Positions 20,747 through 29,650 of a stretch of DNA of 48,022 bases are shown here, piece by piece; position 1 is the first letter of the stretch, and each line of letters begins with the position of its first letter. The stretch is from Patescibacteria group bacterium (GTDB lineage Bacteria > Patescibacteriota > Microgenomatia > UBA12405). A program made the position numbers and the translations under genes. Below the pieces are notes generated by a model that saw only the letters and a program-made list of their open reading frames with translations, was not told the origin of the DNA and did not search any database. The DNA is taken from NCBI GenBank assembly GCA_050943115.1, contig JBMNON010000001.1, forward strand, positions 1-48,022, written 5' to 3'.

Positions 20747-20951
20747 GCCTTCTTGAATTTTTAGATCTCTTGCGGCATCTTTCTTTCCACAAGATTATTT
20801 TTTTCTTAGCGTATCTATCTTCAGAAGGTTTAGAATAAGCAGTCCTCTTTTTTACCTCTTCAGTAATATCTTCCTCAAGACAAAGCCGTCGGAATTTACC
20901 GATAACATCATCTTTACTTTCGCCTTTTTTCTTCTTAACGATTATGGGCAT
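20736..20951 (-). CDS. rpsU: 30S ribosomal protein S21
   Basis: GESKDDVIGKFRR, YSKPS; rpsU-yqeY synteny. Confidence 0.88.
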   Translation of the reverse strand: MPIIVKKKKGESKDDVIGKFRRLCLEEDITEEVKKRTAYSKPSEDRYAKKKIILWKERCRKRSKNSRRHAA

Positions 20952-20955
20952 TTTT

Positions 20956-20966
20956 TCACCTCCTTA
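20956..20966 (-). promoter_or_regulatory. Extended Shine-Dalgarno of rpsU
   Basis: TAAGGAGGTGA followed by AAAA-ATG. Confidence 0.85.
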
Positions 20967-20991
20967 CTTTAATAGTGCAATATTTTACCTA

Positions 20992-21723
20992 TTATATCTG
21001 CTTTTGTAAACATCTGATTCGGTCAAGGCTATTCACTACACCATTACCGTCATAATCCACACCTGAGGTGCATTCACTATCGGCCGAACCACTGGCTTCA
21101 GGTGGGGTAACCGTTGCCGAAGGGGTTGACTCTTCCTCTGTCATACCGCTGCTGCCACCGTTTTTCATGCAATAAATATAATCAAGGGAATTTACTACAC
21201 CGTCGGTATTGTAATCTGTTTGCCTATTGCATGTACCGCTAACTCCACCCTCAGGTTCTGTGACCGATTCTCCTTCCATTCCCTTTGGTGCCACCGTTGG
21301 TACCGCCTCCTCTTTTTCAGGAGATAAAACCTCTTCTTTTGTTTTGAAATAATAGGGCATCCCGCCTTTGTCAAATATCTCATCCCCTATCTTTATTCGA
21401 TAATAATATGTTGTCCCCGACTTTAAAGGCGACAGGGATACTTGATGATTAGTTACCGGGTTTGATTCTACTGCCCGAAGTAATAGTGAGGCTGGGGAGG
21501 TCCCATATTCTACAACACCCATTGATTCTTTATCTGAAATCCAAGAAATAACAGCTCCCTTACCATTTTCTTCCAATGTTTCAGTTACATTCTTCGGGCT
21601 CACTTCTTCGGCAGCACCACTCATATAAGTTTGAACCGTCTTCACCGCCAACACTCCCAACACCACCACCAATACCATTATTACCAAAACTATAATCGTT
21701 TTGACATTTACTCTACCTTTCAT
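20992..21723 (-). CDS. Membrane-anchored FN3-like protein with dockerin-like Ca-binding repeats
   Basis: TM; 'ISW..VEYG..LKSGTTYYYRI'; DYNTDGVVNSLD and DYDGNGVVNSLD. Confidence 0.75.
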   Translation of the reverse strand: MKGRVNVKTIIVLVIMVLVVVLGVLAVKTVQTYMSGAAEEVSPKNVTETLEENGKGAVISWISDKESMGVVEYGTSPASLLLRAVESNPVTNHQVSLSPLKSGTTYYYRIKIGDEIFDKGGMPYYFKTKEEVLSPEKEEAVPTVAPKGMEGESVTEPEGGVSGTCNRQTDYNTDGVVNSLDYIYCMKNGGSSGMTEEESTPSATVTPPEASGSADSECTSGVDYDGNGVVNSLDRIRCLQKQI

Positions 21724-22412
21724 AGGAATCTCAACAATACGGCGCCCAATACACTGATTGCTCCGAATACTACCAAACCAATCGTATTGGCTATCCCGCC
21801 GGTTTGAGGCAGCTCTTCTCCCGCACTTGTCGTAGTTACGGTTGTTTCAGCTTCTGTAGTTGATCCGCTATCACCCCCGACAGCTGATATTGTATAAGAC
21901 CCGCTCTGATTGGCTGCACAGCTAACTACATCTTCCGAATTTTGGTTAAACATGTTTGAATCTGTCACCGAACCTGCCTGACAAGACAAGTTTAAACTAG
22001 CCACCCCCGCTCCCTTAGCTTTCAACTTTATTCTAAGTAAAGAACCTTTAACCACCTGACCTTCATACACGCTTTGCCCAACTTGGCTCAGATTTGACTC
22101 AAACTTTCCACTGCTGTTTTGGATTATGGGAGTTGTCGAATCAAAAACAAAGTTATAAGCGGTAGTGTTATTCTTCTCAATTGATACGATTTCCAATTTT
22201 GTTGGATCAAAAGTTCCCACCAAATCCATAGCAATAATTTGCTCCGTCTCTGAATCAGCCCCCAAATCAACAAAAAAAGTACTGCCGACACTTACAGAAT
22301 TTGTCGCCGGAGTTAGTGTAAAATGTGGCGCCGCTACGGCTGCCGAACAATGGCCGGCCAACATCAAGCCTACTAATGCGAATGCCAATAATCCGGTTTT
22401 TTTATTTTTCAT
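21720..22412 (-). CDS. Secreted cohesin-like protein with LPxTG-type C-terminal anchor
   Basis: Signal peptide; 'VSVGSTFFVD..FDPTKLEI..LKAKGAG'; LPQTG plus hydrophobic tail. Confidence 0.7.
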   Translation of the reverse strand: MKNKKTGLLAFALVGLMLAGHCSAAVAAPHFTLTPATNSVSVGSTFFVDLGADSETEQIIAMDLVGTFDPTKLEIVSIEKNNTTAYNFVFDSTTPIIQNSSGKFESNLSQVGQSVYEGQVVKGSLLRIKLKAKGAGVASLNLSCQAGSVTDSNMFNQNSEDVVSCAANQSGSYTISAVGGDSGSTTEAETTVTTTSAGEELPQTGGIANTIGLVVFGAISVLGAVLLRFL

Positions 22413-23029
22413 TACTTTACTACGTTAACAGATAAATTATTACTTATGAAAGGTAGTTCCTTTCTTGTTTTATTGTCTAGAAACATGGTAACAGACTCTC
22501 CATCATCATTACCAGTACTAATTTTAAAATCGTAAGATCCGGCTTTTTTCGGTTTAACATCAAACATAATCAAACTATAATGTTCTGCCTTATCAAGCTC
22601 CAACCCCTCAGAGTCCAAAATATAATAATTAGCCACCACAATTCCTTTCTTATCGCTCACCCTCAAAACATCTGGCTTAACCAACTTTTTATCATAATTT
22701 ATATTGCTCACCTCAAATGCCTCCGGATCAAATCTAACATAAAGTTCCATTGACCCCAGCGAATATTCATCTTTGCTTAGCAAACTCATATCAACCGTAT
22801 ATTTCTTACCCACCTCCATCGTTTTAGTGTCCACGCCAAAAATTATGTCAAAAGCATCTTTTTGCCAGCCTGCTTCTGTTTTGCTTTCAGCCGTCTTGCT
22901 GTCCGTCAAAACCCTCTTTCCCCCAACATCTCTCTTCTCTTGTATATTTGTCACCAGTACGATACTTTCAATAATTACCAAAACGGCGACCAAGGGTATT
23001 AATAATTTACTAAATTCATTATTTTTCAT
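22412..23029 (-). CDS. Membrane-anchored cohesin-like domain protein
   Basis: TM; 'MEVGKKYTVD..VRFDPEAFEV..FDVKPKKAG'. Confidence 0.65.
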   Translation of the reverse strand: MKNNEFSKLLIPLVAVLVIIESIVLVTNIQEKRDVGGKRVLTDSKTAESKTEAGWQKDAFDIIFGVDTKTMEVGKKYTVDMSLLSKDEYSLGSMELYVRFDPEAFEVSNINYDKKLVKPDVLRVSDKKGIVVANYYILDSEGLELDKAEHYSLIMFDVKPKKAGSYDFKISTGNDDGESVTMFLDNKTRKELPFISNNLSVNVVK

Positions 23030-23037
23030 TTTTCTTC

Positions 23038-24315
23038 CTAATATAATTGCGACTGCCTCTCATCCAAGGCTCGCATTAACCAAGTAACGTCAAGTGATAT
23101 ATGCTGGCAATCTCCGTCTAGGTCCACCATATCTAAATTGGGTAAGTTTTTCTTTCTCGCCGCCGCAACATCTCTTACATAAAGAAAATCATGACCGTTT
23201 ATTGTACCGTCAGGAATTCCGTCCGGTCCGGTTACGTCACCCGCCAACAGCGGATAACCGCTAAAATCATATACCCGGCTGCTAGTCTGGTCCCGAGTCA
23301 GTGACAATTCTCCACCGGGAGTACCATAAAAAGAGTTCTGTCCGTCCTTGGCATACTTCACCTGTAAATGCTTCGGGCCTTTAACTAAAACCGCCAAATT
23401 TTCTGTCTGGTCAAAACCCGCCAAAGCTACACTGTATTCGTAAACAGAAAACCTTCTATCTCCTTTGGCCACCTTCACTCCCATAACATCTCGGTATACT
23501 GCAGTTTCGCCGTTTCCCAATATTGTCAACGCCAATGGCCAATCATATGCACACTCGGCTGAATCAGTCACCCCGTCAAACGATAATTTAAAGTTCAATA
23601 CGGGACTGTTACCGGCAATCTCACAACCATCTGAGTTCTCACAATCAGCCAAAGTATCATACTCTCCTGTAGCCGATACACTACACGAATACTTCCCCGT
23701 ACTAGTATTACAGTTACTCCGAGCGAACTTCTCAACCTCCTGCCCACCAGTCACCAAATAAGACAAATTTTCCACACTGCTAACTTCAATTCCTTTATTG
23801 GCATTATTGGGATTATGTCCGGAAATCAACGAATCAGCAGCGACAATCTCTATATTTCCACTACCGGCTCCTATGGCATAAAAATTAATCCTGGCCACAT
23901 CCACTACTCCACCACTCAATTCTGCACCTTGCCTGTTAGATACCGCCGTTAAATTTAAGCACTCCCGATTTGCCGTTAAATTTTCGAAAAATACTATTGG
24001 TGTTGCCAAAAAGTTACCAGAAACTAAAGTCAACCATCCGTCCTCATCTTCTCTAATATCAATCACTGATGGGTTATAGCAAATCATCGCTTGCACATTC
24101 TGAATCAAAGTTGATGTGTTTTCTGGAACAGCCTTCAACACTGCCTCTATCCTATCCCCAACATCGACTTCGCTGTCGCTTGAATATAAATGCAGACTAC
24201 CGCTAGCAAAATAAGCACTTCTTCTGACATCTTGTCTCTGACTCAAAGCAGCCAGTATTAAAACCAAAACAGTTGCCAAAGCCACCATTGTTATAATTGT
24301 CAATTTATTCTTCAT
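23038..24315 (-). CDS. Surface protein with cohesin-like and C-terminal dockerin-like domains
   Basis: TM plus QDVRRSA; 'VDVGDRIE..CYNPSVI..ARINFYAIGAG'; GDVTGPDGIPDGTINGHD and DLDGD loops. Confidence 0.7.
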   Translation of the reverse strand: MKNKLTIITMVALATVLVLILAALSQRQDVRRSAYFASGSLHLYSSDSEVDVGDRIEAVLKAVPENTSTLIQNVQAMICYNPSVIDIREDEDGWLTLVSGNFLATPIVFFENLTANRECLNLTAVSNRQGAELSGGVVDVARINFYAIGAGSGNIEIVAADSLISGHNPNNANKGIEVSSVENLSYLVTGGQEVEKFARSNCNTSTGKYSCSVSATGEYDTLADCENSDGCEIAGNSPVLNFKLSFDGVTDSAECAYDWPLALTILGNGETAVYRDVMGVKVAKGDRRFSVYEYSVALAGFDQTENLAVLVKGPKHLQVKYAKDGQNSFYGTPGGELSLTRDQTSSRVYDFSGYPLLAGDVTGPDGIPDGTINGHDFLYVRDVAAARKKNLPNLDMVDLDGDCQHISLDVTWLMRALDERQSQLY

Positions 24316-24317
24316 CT

Positions 24318-25562
24318 TTACATTACATTATTATTAATTAAACACTCCAAGATTATTGATCTGTCAATAATATCCACAACTTTGTCGTTATTAATATCAG
24401 CCTGATAATTGTCCCCCTGAGTCTTCCTTCCACTATCCGCCTCATATTCTTCCTGCCAACCGTTAAGTCCAACCTCCAAAGCCTGGTCGCAGTTAATCAA
24501 GGATGGCCTTGAGCTTGGTTCAGGGTCTACACTCGGTTGAGGTTCTTCAGTAGGTTCAGGGTCCTCCGTTGGTTCGGACTCGGGCGGATCTAACGATGGT
24601 AAATTTTCAGTAATTTCACATACTCCTTGCCCGTACTTATTGGCAACTGTAACCCTCAAAGTGCAGCTTTCCTCTGCCTCAGAGCTAACCCTAAAATCCA
24701 TATCAAAAGCACCACAATCATAATACGTATTTGGATCACAATACTCTTCATTAAAGACTTCGTTAGATACATTTACCAAAGACTCATTTACGTAACTACC
24801 ACACACACTGTCTACTTTCACATACAATGTCTGGTCGGGTACACTAGAATAGCTGATTTTATACTCTATTAGGTCGATATATTCTTCGCTAACTTTAGGG
24901 TTATAAACCAAAACCCTGAAAGGATTGTCAAAAATTTTATTAAAATCACGCTGACCAATAAAATCAATGTTGCACATAGGATCATCCGCCTCGGTTCCCT
25001 GACTTGGCGGAGGATCTATATTAACAAAACGGGCGGTCGTCTCACATGTATTACTGCCATCATCATTTACAACCCTCACCACAATCCTGCAAGTTCCTGT
25101 TCCACCCTGACTAGCGCTCACGTTCATCTTAAACGCAGCACAATCAGAATAATCATCGGAATCACAGCTTAAAGGAGCCCCTGACCCAAAAGTAGCATCT
25201 GTCACATCGGTAAAATTATTATATTGACCACAGGTATTATCTTCGATTTGAAAATATAGTTGACCATTAGGAACATCTTCATAATCCTGGTCGCTAGATT
25301 TATAAATTATTTCATCTATAGTTTCCCCTCCTTCCTTTGGGTTATAAACAAGAACTTTAAAATCAGCGTTCCTTCCTGGAACCAAAATATCACCTTTAAC
25401 CTGCGAAATACTACACACCGGGTCATCGGATTGAACGGCAGCTCTATCTCTTGTATCCTGATTTTCCTCAACCAATTTTGTCGCCACTGGAATCGCCACT
25501 GCCATTAACAACAAGCCGATAATCAATGGAATTTGGGCTAAACCTAATCTATTTTTGTGCAT
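24318..25562 (-). CDS. Surface protein with tandem-duplicated Cys-containing domain, PEP linker and dockerin-like end
   Basis: G|LAQIPLIIGLLL..QDTRDRAA N-terminus; two DDPxC..VLVYNPK..C.AF.M repeats; ADINNDKVVDIID; start ATG 25562 or TTG 25577. Confidence 0.7.
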   Translation of the reverse strand: MHKNRLGLAQIPLIIGLLLMAVAIPVATKLVEENQDTRDRAAVQSDDPVCSISQVKGDILVPGRNADFKVLVYNPKEGGETIDEIIYKSSDQDYEDVPNGQLYFQIEDNTCGQYNNFTDVTDATFGSGAPLSCDSDDYSDCAAFKMNVSASQGGTGTCRIVVRVVNDDGSNTCETTARFVNIDPPPSQGTEADDPMCNIDFIGQRDFNKIFDNPFRVLVYNPKVSEEYIDLIEYKISYSSVPDQTLYVKVDSVCGSYVNESLVNVSNEVFNEEYCDPNTYYDCGAFDMDFRVSSEAEESCTLRVTVANKYGQGVCEITENLPSLDPPESEPTEDPEPTEEPQPSVDPEPSSRPSLINCDQALEVGLNGWQEEYEADSGRKTQGDNYQADINNDKVVDIIDRSIILECLINNNVM

Positions 25563-25640
25563 TAAACTTAAATACAAGCAACTAATCGCTAATATAAAAG
25601 TAAAACACTTTTCCCGAATACCGTCAACATTTTAAAATAT

Positions 25641-26690
25641 CTAGTTATTTATCAAACGGGCAATATCTCCGGCAGTAATTAACACTATCAACCCCAGTAG
25701 TATCACCATACCTATACTATTAATAATGGATTCTACCCTTTGGTTTGCCTTCCTACCAGAAATTAGTTCATACAAAACAAAAATAATTCTGCCGCCATCC
25801 AAAGCCGGGAAAGGCAAGACGTTTACCACGGCTAAATTAACCGATACTACTCCAAAGAAATGGACCACCGCCAGCATCCCCTGGCTTTCTTTAATTGTGC
25901 TTGTTGCCTCGAACATACCAATAGGCCCGCTGACATCTTTTGGAACATTTCCACTCAGTAGCCCCCCTACCATACTGGCAACACCGCCAACAATAATCTT
26001 TCCCCAAAAATAAGCCTCCTCAAAACCGGCCACTATTCCTTTATAAAACTGATACCAGGGAACCTTTACCATCTCGGTATTGGAAATCGCCACCCCCATA
26101 CCACCTTCTCCTTCAGGCGGGTTTTCTCTGACTTCCACCGTCACGGTCTTTTCATGGCCTCCACTTTCTACTAAAAGCTCAACACTTTCTCCTTTGTATT
26201 TTTCTACCTCATTAGTTAATTCGTCCGGACTTTCAATCACTTCTTCACCCACTTTTATTATCCAATCTTCCTCTTCCAAACCGGCGATGGCAGCCGGTGA
26301 CTCAGGCGCCACTCCGACCACTTTAACCCTATCCGTTTCCGACGGCACTCCCAATATCGCATATACAATAGTAAAAATTACTACTGCTAAAAATAAATTC
26401 ATCAGCACTCCGCCCAAAACAATCAACATTTTTTGCCACGGATTTTTGTTGTTAAATGCCCTGTTCCCCTCTCCGCCTCCGTCTTCTCCGTATAACTTGC
26501 AAAAACCGCCAATAGGTAGCCAATTTAAACTGAAGATTGTCTCTCCGATTTTCTTACCGGTAATCCTAGGAGGCAACCCCAAACCAAACTCCTCCACTTT
26601 TACCTTGGTCCTTTTTGCCGCGAAATAATGCCCAAATTCATGGACCAAAACCAATATTGACAAAGCTACAATAAAAATTATTACATTCAT
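25641..26690 (-). CDS. rseP: RIP metalloprotease RseP
   Basis: HEFGH, PDZ, NVLPFPALDGG. Confidence 0.95.
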   Translation of the reverse strand: MNVIIFIVALSILVLVHEFGHYFAAKRTKVKVEEFGLGLPPRITGKKIGETIFSLNWLPIGGFCKLYGEDGGGEGNRAFNNKNPWQKMLIVLGGVLMNLFLAVVIFTIVYAILGVPSETDRVKVVGVAPESPAAIAGLEEEDWIIKVGEEVIESPDELTNEVEKYKGESVELLVESGGHEKTVTVEVRENPPEGEGGMGVAISNTEMVKVPWYQFYKGIVAGFEEAYFWGKIIVGGVASMVGGLLSGNVPKDVSGPIGMFEATSTIKESQGMLAVVHFFGVVSVNLAVVNVLPFPALDGGRIIFVLYELISGRKANQRVESIINSIGMVILLGLIVLITAGDIARLINN

Positions 26691-26692
26691 AT

Positions 26693-27244
26693 TTATCCCC
26701 TAATTTCTTCTTCCTTCTTTTGGGCTAAACCCTCCAGTTTACCCACATATTCATCAGTAATTTTTTGTAATTCAGTTTCATCCCTTCTATATTCGTCTTC
26801 AGAAACCGTTTTTTCTTGCTTGGCATCCTGAAGGTCTTTTCTGAAATCTGCTCTGACATCCCGGATCATTCCCCTGGCTCCCTCAAGCTTTCTTCCCAAC
26901 AATTTTATGTAATCTTCCCTCTGTTCGGTTGTCATCATTGGTAAAGAAATTCGGATTATTTGGCCGTCAACCACCGGATTCATTCCTATATTTGCTGCAG
27001 CAATACCGTTGCTGACTTCCCTAATGACCGTTTGATCCCAAGGTTGAAAAGTCAGTGTTCTCACGTCAGGCACCCCTATTGATCCCAATTCAATAAGTCT
27101 CATTTTCTGTCCGCTATAAACGGAAACCATTACGTTTTCAATCAACCCGGGTGTAGCCCTACCGGTTCTTATCGTCCCGATATCCTCTACAAAAATTTCT
27201 ACAATCTTATCCATCCTCTGCCTGACTTCTTGTGTATTAAGCAT
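26693..27244 (-). CDS. frr: Ribosome recycling factor
   Basis: IRTGRATP, SEDE..LQKITD; likely start ATG 27244. Confidence 0.96.
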   Translation of the reverse strand: MLNTQEVRQRMDKIVEIFVEDIGTIRTGRATPGLIENVMVSVYSGQKMRLIELGSIGVPDVRTLTFQPWDQTVIREVSNGIAAANIGMNPVVDGQIIRISLPMMTTEQREDYIKLLGRKLEGARGMIRDVRADFRKDLQDAKQEKTVSEDEYRRDETELQKITDEYVGKLEGLAQKKEEEIRG

Positions 27245-27259
27245 ATAGCTTAGTATAAC

Positions 27260-27287
27260 AAAAAAGCCCCGACCTAAATCGGGGCTA
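27260..27287 (-). terminator. Intrinsic terminator after tsf
   Basis: Minus strand AGCCCCGA-TTTAGG-TCGGGGCT-TTTTT. Confidence 0.85.
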
Positions 27288-27302
27288 AAAAGCAAATTAC
27301 TC

Positions 27303-27761
27303 TTAAATTTCGAATCTTTCCAGGCGCCCGATCTTAATGTTCTCTCCAAACTTAGCAATCAGTGCTTGGACTAAATCTCCCACTTTCTGACTTGGATCCT
27401 TTATATATTCCTGTTCAAGCAGCTCCTCCCCGTTTTGAGGTCCCATGGCTGCTACTTGCAAAGCCAAATCTCTTCCCAGCGCCACAAATTCTTCATTTTT
27501 TGCCACAAAATCTGTCTCGCAAAGAATCTCTACCATCACTCCAATTTTACCGGTGCTGTGGGTATAAGTAGCCACCCTACCCTGCCTTGTCTCCCTCTCT
27601 TTTTTACTTTCAGCTTTTTTCACTCCTTTTTCTTTCAAAATTTCCCGGGCTTTTTTTTCATCACCACCGGCTTCCTCCAAAGCCAGTTTTATCTCCATTA
27701 TTCCAAAACCGGTCTCCTGTCGGATTTTTTTAACTGATTCGATTATTTGTTTTTGATCCAT
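27303..27761 (-). CDS. tsf: Elongation factor Ts (short form)
   Basis: RQETG, CETDFVAKN, GENIKI. Confidence 0.95.
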   Translation of the reverse strand: MDQKQIIESVKKIRQETGFGIMEIKLALEEAGGDEKKAREILKEKGVKKAESKKERETRQGRVATYTHSTGKIGVMVEILCETDFVAKNEEFVALGRDLALQVAAMGPQNGEELLEQEYIKDPSQKVGDLVQALIAKFGENIKIGRLERFEI

Positions 27762-27776
27762 ATTTAATTTAAATTT

Positions 27777-28694
27777 TTAAACTCCGGCTGCTTTAATAGC
27801 CCTACCCACTTCTTCCACAATCAGATTGACACTCTTAACACTGTCGTCATTTGCAGGTATTGGGTAATCCACCTTCTCCGGATTACTATCGGTATCGACC
27901 AATGCCACCACCTTTATGCCCCGCAAGCGAGCCTCCCTAACGGCTGTTTTTTCAAATCCGGCGTCAACAACAAACAGAATATCAAACATTTTGTCCAAAT
28001 TAACCAAACCGCCGACATTCCTTTCCAGCCTCCCGATTTCTTTCTTGGTGTCGGACAATTCCTTTTTAGTCAAATCGGAAAAAGTACCGGCCTCAATACC
28101 CTGCTTTAAATCTTTCAATCTTTTAATATTTTTTCTAATCTCTTCCCAATTGGTAATAGTCCCACCCAACCATCTGTCGGTAACATACGCTACCTGGGCA
28201 TCTTCGGCCACTCTCTTTACCACTTCCCGGGCTTGTCTTTTGGTGCCTACCATTAAAACCTGCTTACCGTTTCTTTTGGCATTATATATATAGTTGCAGG
28301 CTTTTTCCAATTCATTTATGGAATTGGTTAAATCCAATATTTCTACGCCATCCTTTGATGTATAGATATAATCTCTGGCTTTCGGATGAGTCTTGGCAAC
28401 TTTATGGCCCAAATGCGAACCGGCAGCAAGCATGTCTTTCATATCAATCGTCAGGTCATACTTTTTATCCGGCTTCTGTTGTACTTCAACTGCCCCAATT
28501 TCCTCAACTGATGTTTTTTCGCTGATTTCCTTTTTAGCTCTTTCCTTTTTAGCTTTTACCTCTTCATTAAGCTTCTTCACTTGCTCGGTATTTACCCTGG
28601 ACTGTTTCTTAGAATTAACTACTAAAGCTTTCTTTACCAAACTTTTACCGGTTCGGTTGACGGTTTTATTTATTGTTTTCTTTTTTTCTTCCAT
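27777..28694 (-). CDS. rpsB: 30S ribosomal protein S2 with N-terminal extension
   Basis: AGSHLGH, VGTKRQA, RWLGGTITN, DTDSNP, PANDD. Confidence 0.96.
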   Translation of the reverse strand: MEEKKKTINKTVNRTGKSLVKKALVVNSKKQSRVNTEQVKKLNEEVKAKKERAKKEISEKTSVEEIGAVEVQQKPDKKYDLTIDMKDMLAAGSHLGHKVAKTHPKARDYIYTSKDGVEILDLTNSINELEKACNYIYNAKRNGKQVLMVGTKRQAREVVKRVAEDAQVAYVTDRWLGGTITNWEEIRKNIKRLKDLKQGIEAGTFSDLTKKELSDTKKEIGRLERNVGGLVNLDKMFDILFVVDAGFEKTAVREARLRGIKVVALVDTDSNPEKVDYPIPANDDSVKSVNLIVEEVGRAIKAAGV

Positions 28695-28714
28695 TTTATT
28701 GTCCTTATTAAATT

Positions 28715-28748
28715 GTAAGTAGGCGGGGTTACGAAACCCAGGACTTAC
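28715..28748 (-). promoter_or_regulatory. Candidate rpsB leader hairpin
   Basis: Minus RNA GUAAGU-CCU-GGGUU-UCGU-AACCC-CGCCU-ACUUAC, 20 nt upstream of the rpsB start. Confidence 0.55.
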
Positions 28749-28790
28749 GCCAAAATAAACTGATAAATTAGCTTTGAAATTATATCACAC

Positions 28791-29033
28791 TTAGTCCCTG
28801 GACCCTCTGCCGTTGTGTTTACTATCTTTCCTCTCAAACCGTGGTTGTATCTCTACCTCATACCGGGTATTGAGTAAGTTGGCAATCCCCGGCCCGGGTT
28901 CCACATAAGCAGTCCGCCCGTTTATCGTTACGATATGGCCCTGGTCAAAGGTTCCGTCAGGAAATAAACCCTTTGGTTTTGGTCTGTCTGAAAAATCTAT
29001 ACCGGTTAATGGTGCCTTCTCTTTAACTGTCAT
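28791..29033 (-). CDS. Small hypothetical protein
   Basis: 80-aa ORF with TTGACA-16nt-TAAGAT promoter ending 8 nt before the ATG. Confidence 0.6.
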   Translation of the reverse strand: MTVKEKAPLTGIDFSDRPKPKGLFPDGTFDQGHIVTINGRTAYVEPGPGIANLLNTRYEVEIQPRFERKDSKHNGRGSRD

Positions 29034-29079
29034 CTATAAAAATCTTAATTTTTATTTTTTAGTTGTCAATTAATTAAAA

Positions 29080-29550
29080 AACAACCCAGGAAAAAAGAGA
29101 AAATATGAAAATACTAATGCCTTCTTCCAAAGAGGCGCTGTTCGCTGCTGCTCCCAGCGCCCCTTCTTGCTGTCAGTTCTGCGATGCCCGGTAGTCGGCA
29201 CCCGGATCGTCTGGAAGAGCCACCTTCCCGGTTTCCTCGTCCACCCGACGGGTCTCAATGCTGCCACAAAACGAAACATACTTGGGCCCAAGGCACCTGG
29301 ACATCTTCTCCGGAGTCGGTGTGCAACACCCTACAAGCTTATAGTGGCATTCGTTGCAATGGCAAGGCTGAACACACATCGTATTCCTCCATGGGGGGGT
29401 GAGAGTAAAAGTTCTACCTGAAGCGATGGCCGGACATGACTGCCCCTATGGTGGTAGCATGGCAATAATTCTCCTTTCAAATTAGGGTCACAACAAACCA
29501 ATAACATTGATCTCTTGTGACCCTAATTGTTCCTGGGTTGTTAATGTGCT
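29080..29550 (-). other. Structured RNA cassette A (boxA-like motif plus terminal stem enclosing a small mRNA)
   Basis: 13-bp IR 29080-29092/29530-29542; 14-bp hairpin 29480-29493/29515-29528; 11-bp hairpin 29130-29140/29155-29165; AGCACATTAACAAC at the 5' end. Confidence 0.7.
29173..29379 (-). CDS. Small Cys-rich protein (68 aa, 8 Cys; CxxCxY...CxGP)
   Basis: GGAGG SD (29386-29390) 6 nt before ATG; motif shared with the cassette B peptide. Confidence 0.65.
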   Translation of the reverse strand: MCVQPCHCNECHYKLVGCCTPTPEKMSRCLGPKYVSFCGSIETRRVDEETGKVALPDDPGADYRASQN

Positions 29551-29650
29551 CTTACCAAAGACTTAAAAACTAGCATTTTAGTTTTGTCTTATAGCAAGTT
29601 TTTATTTCTATTAAAAACTAGCTTCAAATTACTAAAACTACTTTTTAATA

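Noticed and set aside
29070-29421. Alternative ORFs 29070-29291(-), 29167-29421(+), 29184-29402(+)
   Set aside because: They overlap the SD-led Cys ORF and the RNA stems, lack initiation signals, and are expected by chance in GC-richer sequence.
29543-29650. CRISPR array or iterons (TAAAAACTAGC occurs twice)
   Set aside because: Only two short AT-rich copies, no regular repeat-spacer pattern, no cas genes.
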